In this document: positions 18,501-24,498 of the stretch, piece by piece
How positions within the stretch are numbered: position 1 is the stretch's first letter
Layout: each line of letters starts with the position of its first letter
Assembly (NCBI GenBank): GCA_002269645.1
Contig: NIVC01002761.1
Coordinates: 1-24,498 of the forward strand
DNA length: 24,498 nt
Origin: Macrostomum lignano
Lineage: Eukaryota
Reading direction: 5' to 3'
Made by a program: the position numbers and the translations under genes
The notes under the pieces: generated by a model
The model's input: the letters and a program-made list of their open reading frames with translations, nothing else
Database searches by the model: none
What the model was told of the DNA's origin: nothing

Positions 18501-21500
18501 TCGTGAGGTTCTGGGGGTAAGAATCGTGAGGTTCTGGGGTAAGAATCGTGAGGTTCTGGGGGTAAGAATCGTTAGAAGATTCTGGGGGTAAGAATCGTGA
18601 GATTCTGGGGGTAAGAATCGTGAGGTTCTGGGGGTAAGAATCGTGAGGTTCTGGGGGTAAGAATCGTGAGGTTCTGGGGGTAAGAGTCGTGAGGTTCTGG
18701 TGGTAAGAATCGTGAGGTTCTGGGGGTAAGAATCGTTAGAAGATTCTGGGGGTAAGAATCGTGAGGTTCTGGGGTAAGAATCGTGAGGTTCTGGGGGTAA
18801 GAATCGTTAGAAGATTCTGGGGGTAAGAATCGTGAGATTCTGGGGTAAGAATCGTGAGGTTCTGGGGTAAGAATCGTGAGGTTCTGGGGGTAAGAGTCGT
18901 GAGGTTCTGGGGTAAGAGTCGTGAGGTTCTGGGGGTAAGAGTCATGAGGTTCTGGGGGTAAGAATCGTTAGAAGATTCTGGGGGTAAGAATCGTGAGGTT
19001 CTGGGGTAAGAATCGTGAGGTTCTGGGGGTAAAAGTCGTGAGGTTCTGGGGGTAAGAGTCGTGAGGTTCTGGGGGTAAGAGTCGTGAGGTTCTGGTGGTA
19101 AGAATCGTGAGGTTCTGGGGGTAAGAATCGTGAGGTTCTGGGGGTAAGAGTCGTGAGTTCTGGGGTAAGAATCGTGAAGTTCTGGGGGTAAGAATCGTTA
19201 GAAGATTCTGGGGGTAAGAATCGTGAGGTTCTGGGGTAAGAGTCGTGAGGTTCTGGGGGTAAGAGTCGTGAGGTTCTGGGGGTAAGAGTCGTGAGGTTCT
19301 GGTGGTAAGAATCGTGAGGTTCTGGGGGTAAGAATCGTGAGGTTCTGGGGGTAAGAGTCGTGAGGTTCTGGTGGTAAGAATCGTGAGGTTCTGGGGGGTA
19401 AGAATCGTTAGAAGATTCTGGGGTAAGAATCGTGAGGTTCTGGGGGTAAAATCGTTGAGATTCTGGGGGTAAGAATCGTGAGGTTCTGGGGTAAGAATCG
19501 TGAGGTTCTGGGGTAAGAATCGTGAGGTTCTGGGGTAAGAATCGTTAGAAGATTCTGGGGTAAGAATCGTGAGATTCTGGGGTAAGAATCGTGAGGTTCT
19601 GGGGTAAGAATCGTGAGGTTCTGGGGTAAGAATCGTGAGGTTCTGGGGGTAAGAGTCGTGAGGTTCTGGGGTAAGAATCGTGAGGTTCTGGGGGTAAGAA
19701 TCGTAGAGATTCTGGGGGTAAGAATCGTGAGGTTCTGGGGGTAAGAATCGTGAGGTTCTGGGGGTAAGAATCGTTAGAAGATTCTGGGGGTAAGAATCGT
19801 GAGATTCTGGGGGTAAGAATCGTGAGGTTCTGGGGGTAAGAATCGTGAGGTTCTGGGGGTAAGAGTCGTGAGGTTCTGGGGGTAAGAGTCGTGAGGTTCT
19901 GGGGGTAAGAGTCTGAGTTCTGGGGGTAAGAATCGTAGAGATTCTGGGGGTAAGAATCGTGAGGTTCTGGGGTAAGAATCGTGAGGTTCTGGGGGTAAGA
20001 GTCGTGAGGTTCTGGGGGTAAGAGTCGTGAGGTTCTGGGGGTAAGAGTCGTGAGGTTCTGGTGGTAAGAATCGTGAGGTTCTGGGGGTAAGAATCGTGAG
20101 GTTCTGGGGGTAAGAGTCGTGAGGTTCTGGTGGTAAGAATCGTGAGGTTCTGGGGGTAAGAATCGTGAGATTCTGGGGTAAGAATCGTGAGGTTCTGGGG
20201 GTAAAATCGTGAGTTCTGGGGGTAAGAATCGTGAGGTTCTGGGGGTAAGAATCGTGAGGTTCTGGGGGTAAGAATCGTGAGGTTCTGGGGGTAAGAATCG
20301 TAGAAGATTCTGGGGGTAAGAATCGTGAGATTCTGGGGTAAGAATCGTGAGGTTCTGGGGGTAAGAATCGTGAGGTTCTGGGGGTAAGAATCGTGAGGTT
20401 CTGGGGGTAAGATCGTGAGGTTCTGGGGTAAGAATCGTGAGTTCTGGGGGTAAGAATCGTTAGAAGATTCTGGGGGTAAGAATCGTGAGGTTCTGGGGGT
20501 AAGATCGTGAGGTTCTGGGGTAAGAATCGTGAGGTTCTGGGGGTAAGATCGTGAGTTCTGGGGGTAAGATCGTGAGGTTCTGGGGTAAGAATCGTGAGGT
20601 TCTGGGGGTAAGAATCGTGAGGTTCTGGGGGTAAGAATCGTGAGGTTCTGGGGTAAGAGTCGTGAGTTCTGGGGTAAGAATCGTGAAGTTCTGGGGGTAA
20701 GAATCGTGAGGTTCTGGGGGTAAGAATCGTGAGGTTCTGGGGGTAAGAGTCGTGAGGTTCTGGTGGTAAGAGTCGTGAGGTTCTGGGGGTAAGAGTCGTG
20801 AGGTTCTGGTGGTAAGAATCGTGAGGTTCTGGGGGTAAGAATCGTGAGGTTCTGGGGGTAAGATCGTGAGGTTCTGGGGTAAGAATCGTGAGGTTCTGGG
20901 GGTAAGAATCGTGAGTTCTGGGGTAAGAATCGTGAGGTTCTGGGGGTAAAATCGTTAGAGATTCTGGGGGTAAGAATCGTGAGGTTCTGGGGGTAAGAAT
21001 CGTGAGGTTCTGGGGGTAAGAATCGTGAGGTTCTGGGGGTAAGAATCGTTAGAAGATTCTGGGGGTAAGAATCGTGAGGTTCTGGGGGTAAGAATCGTGA
21101 GGTTCTGGGGGTAAGAATCGTGAGGTTCTGGGGGTAAGAATCGTGAGATTCTGGGGGTAAGAATCGTGAGGTTCTGGGGGTAAGAATCGTGAGGTTCTGG
21201 GGGTAAGAATCGTGAGGTTCTGGGGGTAAGAATCGTGAGGTTCTGGGGTAAGAATCGTGAGGTTCTGGGGGTAAGAATCGTAGAAGATTCTGGGGTAAGA
21301 ATCGTGAGATTCTGGGGGTAAGAATCGTGAGGTTCTGGGGGTAAGAATCGTGAGGTTCTGGGGTAAGATCGTGAGGTTCTGGGGTAAGAGTCGTGAGGTT
21401 CTGGGGGTAAGAGTCGTGAGGTTCTGGGGTAAGAATCGTTAGAAGTTCTGGGGGTAAGAATCGTGAGGTTCTGGGGTAAGAATCGTGAGGTTCTGGGGGT

Positions 21501-24498
21501 AAGAAGTCGTGAGGTTCTGGGGTAAGAATCGTGAGGATTCTGGGGGTAAGAGTCGTGAGGTTCTGGGGTAAGAATCGTGAGGTTCTGGGGGTAAGAATCG
21601 TGAGGTTCTGGGGGTAAGAGTCGTGAGGTTCTGGGGGTAAGAATCGTGAGGTTCTGGGGGTAAGAATCGTTAGAAGATTCTGGGGGTAAGAATCGTGAGG
21701 TTCTGGGGTAAAATCGTTGAGGTTCTGGGGGTAAGAATCGTGAGGTTCTGGGGGTAAGAATCGTGAGGTTCTGGGGGTAAGAATCGTGAGGTTCTGGGGT
21801 AAGAATCGTTGAAGATTCTGGGGGTAAGAATCGTGAGATTCTGGGGGTAAGAATCGTGAGGTTCTGGGGGTAAGAATCGTGAGGTTCTGGGGGTAAGAAT
21901 CGTGAGGTTCTGGGGGTAAGAGTCGTGAGGTTCTGGGTAAGAATCGTGAGGTTCTGGGGGTAAGAATCGTTAGAGATTCTGGGGGTAAGAATCGTGAGGT
22001 TCTGGGGGTAAGAATCGTGAGGTTCTGGGGGTAAGAATCGTGAGATTCTGGGGTAAGAATCGTGAGTTCTGGGGGTAAGAATCGTGAGGTTCTGGGGTAA
22101 GAATCGTGAGGTTCTGGGGTAAGATCGTGAGGTTCTGGGGGTAAGAGTCGTGAGGTTCTGGGGGTAAGAGTCGTGAGGTTCTGGGGGTAAGAATCGTGAG
22201 ATTCTGGGGGTAAGAATCGTGAGGTTCTGGGGTAAGAATCGTGAGGTTCTGGGGGTAAATCGTGAGGTTCTGGGGGTAAGTCGTGAGGTTCTGGGGGTAA
22301 GAGTCGTGAGGTTCTGGGGTAAGAATCGTGAGGTTCTGGGGTAAGAATCGTGAGGTTCTGGGGGTAAGATCGTGATGTTCTGGGGTAAGAATCGTGAGTT
22401 CTGGGGGTAAGAATCGTGTAGAGTTCTGGGGTAAGAATCGTGAGGTTCTGGGGTAAGAATCGTGAGGTTCTGGGGGTAAGAGTCGTGAGGTTCTGGTGGT
22501 AAGAATCGTGAGGTTCTGGGGGTAAGAATCGTGAGGTTCTGGGGGTAAGAGTCGTGAGGTTCTGGGGGTAAGAATCGTGAGGTTCTGGGGGTAAGAATCG
22601 TTAGAAGATTCTGGGGGTAAGAATCGTGAGGTTCTGGGGTAAAATCGTTGAGATTCTGGGGGTAAGAATCGTGAGGTTCTGGGGGTAAGAATCGTGAGGT
22701 TCTGGGGTAAGAATCGTGAGGTTCTGGGGTAAGAATCGTTAGAAGGTTCTGGGGTAAGAATCGTGAGATTCTGGGGTAAGAATCGTGAGGTTCTGGGGGT
22801 AAGAATCGTGAGGTTCTGGGGGTAAGAATCGTGAGGTTCTGGGGGTAAGAGTCGTGAGGTTCTGGGGTAAGAATCGTGAGGTTCTGGGGTAAGAATCGTT
22901 GAAGATTCTGGGGGTAAGAATCGTGAGTTCTGGGGTAAGAATCGTGAGGTTCTGGGGGTAAGAATCGTTAGAAGATTCTGGGGGGTAAGAATCGTGAGAT
23001 TCTGGGGTAAGAATCGTGAGTTCTGGGGGTAAGATCGTGAGGTTCTGGGGTAAGAGTCGTGAGGTTCTGGGGTAAGAATCGTGAGTTCTGGGGTAAGAAT
23101 CGTGAGGTTCTGGGGGTAAGAATCGTGAAGATTCTGGGGGTAAGAATCGTGAGGTTCTGGGGTAAGATCGTGAGGTTCTGGGGGTAAGAATCGTGAGTTC
23201 TGGGGTAAGATCGTGAGGTTCTGGGGGTAAGAGTCGTAGGTTCTGGGTAAGAATCGTGAGTTCTGGGGGTAAGAATCGTGAGATTCTGGGGTAAGAATCG
23301 TGAGTTCTGGGGGTAAGAATCGTGAGGTTCTGGGGTAAGAATCGTGAAGATTCTGGGGTAAGAGTCGTGAGATTCTGGGGGTAAGAATCGTGAGGTTCTG
23401 GGGGTAAGAATCGTGAGGTTCTGGGGGTAAGAGTCGTGAGGTTCTGGGGGTAAGAGTCGTGAGGTTCTGGGGGTAAGAGTCGTGAGGTTCTGGGGGTAAG
23501 AATCGTGAGATTCTGGGGGTAAGAATCGTGAGTTCTGGGGTAAGAATCGTGAGATTCTGGGGTAAAATCGTGAGATTCTGGGGTAAGATCGTGAGATTCT
23601 GGGGTAAGATCGGTGAGTTCTGGGGTAGAATCGTGAGATTCTGGGGGTAGAATCGTGAGGATTCTGGGGTAAGATCGTGAGTTCTGGGGTAAGAATCGTG
23701 AGTTCTGGGGTAAGAATCGTGAAGATTCTGGGGTAAGATCGTGAGGTTCTGGGGTAAGAATCGTGAGGTTCTTCGGGGGTAAGAGTTCGTGAGGATTCTG
23801 GGGGTAAGAGTCGTGAGTTCTGGTGGTAAGAATCGTGAGGTTCTGGGGGTAAGAATCGTGAAGGATTCTGGGGTAAGATCGTGAGGTTCTGGTGGGTAAG
23901 AATCGTGAGGTTCTGGGGGTAAGAATCCGTTAGAAGATTCTGGGGTAAGAATCGTGAGGTTTCTGGGGGTAAAGAATCGTAGAAGATTCTGGGGTAAGAA
24001 TCGTGAGGTTCTGGGGTAAGAATCGTGAGATTCGGGGTAAGATCGTGAGGTTCTGGGGTAAGAATCGTGAAGATTCTGGGGGTAAGAATCGTAGAGATTC
24101 TGGGGGTAAGAATCGTGAGGTTCTGGGGGTAAGAATCGTGAGGTTCTGGGTCGGTAAGAATCGTGAGGTTCTGGGGGTAAGATCGTGAGTTCTGGTGGGT
24201 AAGAATCGTGAGGTTCTGGGGGTAAGAATCGTGAGATCTGGGGTAAGAATCGTGAGGTTCTGGGGGTAAGAATCGTGAGGTTCTGGGGTAAGAATCGTGA
24301 GTTCTGGGGGTAAGAATCGTGAGATTCTGGGGTAAGAATCGTGAGGTTCTGGGGTAAGAATCGTGAGGTTCTGGGGTAAGATCGTGAGGTTCTGGGGGTA
24401 AGAATCGTGAGTTCTGGGGGTAAGATCGTGAGGTTCTGGGGGTAAGATCTTAGAAGGATTCTGGGGTAAGAATCGTGAGGATTCTGGGGTAAGAATCG
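6589..24498 (+). repeat. Minisatellite/satellite tandem array, 22-23 bp unit TTCTGGGG(G)TAAGAATCGTGAGG with variants; roughly 780 units; runs off the window end
   Basis: Continuous tandem units with no unique spacers. Recurrent variants are ...GTTAGAAGA (25-26 bp), AGAGTC, GAGATT, AAAAGTC, GTCATG, TGGTGG and TGAGGG. Confidence 0.99.

Noticed and set aside
6584-24188. ORFs inside the array (e.g. 6910-7653, 247 aa; 10715-11092; 18736-18945; 13266-13460; 24003-24188)
   Set aside because: The standard unit has no stop codon in any minus-strand frame, and starts come from rare variants such as GTCATG. The peptides are translations of the repeat, with no coding evidence.
6589-24498. CRISPR array
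   Set aside because: Units are head-to-tail with no unique spacers, there are no cas genes, and the context is eukaryotic.
23550-24498. Apparently new monomer variants (AATCCGTT, TTCGGGGG, GGGTCGGT, GAGGATT)
   Set aside because: Each is a sporadic 1-2 bp indel that does not recur with the HOR period and increases toward the window end, typical of raw long-read error. G4 versus G5 tract length is unreliable for the same reason.

Overview
Eukaryotic DNA in two sharply separated parts. (1) Bases 1-6588 are the 5' part of a GC-rich Ty3/Gypsy LTR retrotransposon on the minus strand. It has a candidate 5' LTR (5704-6588) with a TATA box and palindromic transcription-factor-like sites, a tRNA-Leu-type PBS and gag with a CCHC knuckle. 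A GGGAAAC -1 slippery site leads into pol (protease, RT with YMDD, RNase H), followed by an unusual ~320-codon insert containing five ~81-bp repeats and then an integrase (HHCC, DD35E) that runs off the window start. About a dozen single-base indels disrupt pol below ~1800 and look more like long-read consensus errors than biological decay. (2) Bases 6589-24498 are a ~17.9 kb tandem array of a 22-23 bp G-rich unit (TTCTGGGG(G)TAAGAATCGTGAGG, with a 25-26 bp variant), largely organised as a ~42-monomer, ~965 bp higher-order repeat. The array starts on the base immediately after the putative LTR terminus, suggesting insertion into a satellite or (sub)telomere-like array. No host genes, RNA genes or CRISPR array were found, and the host species cannot be identified from the sequence.
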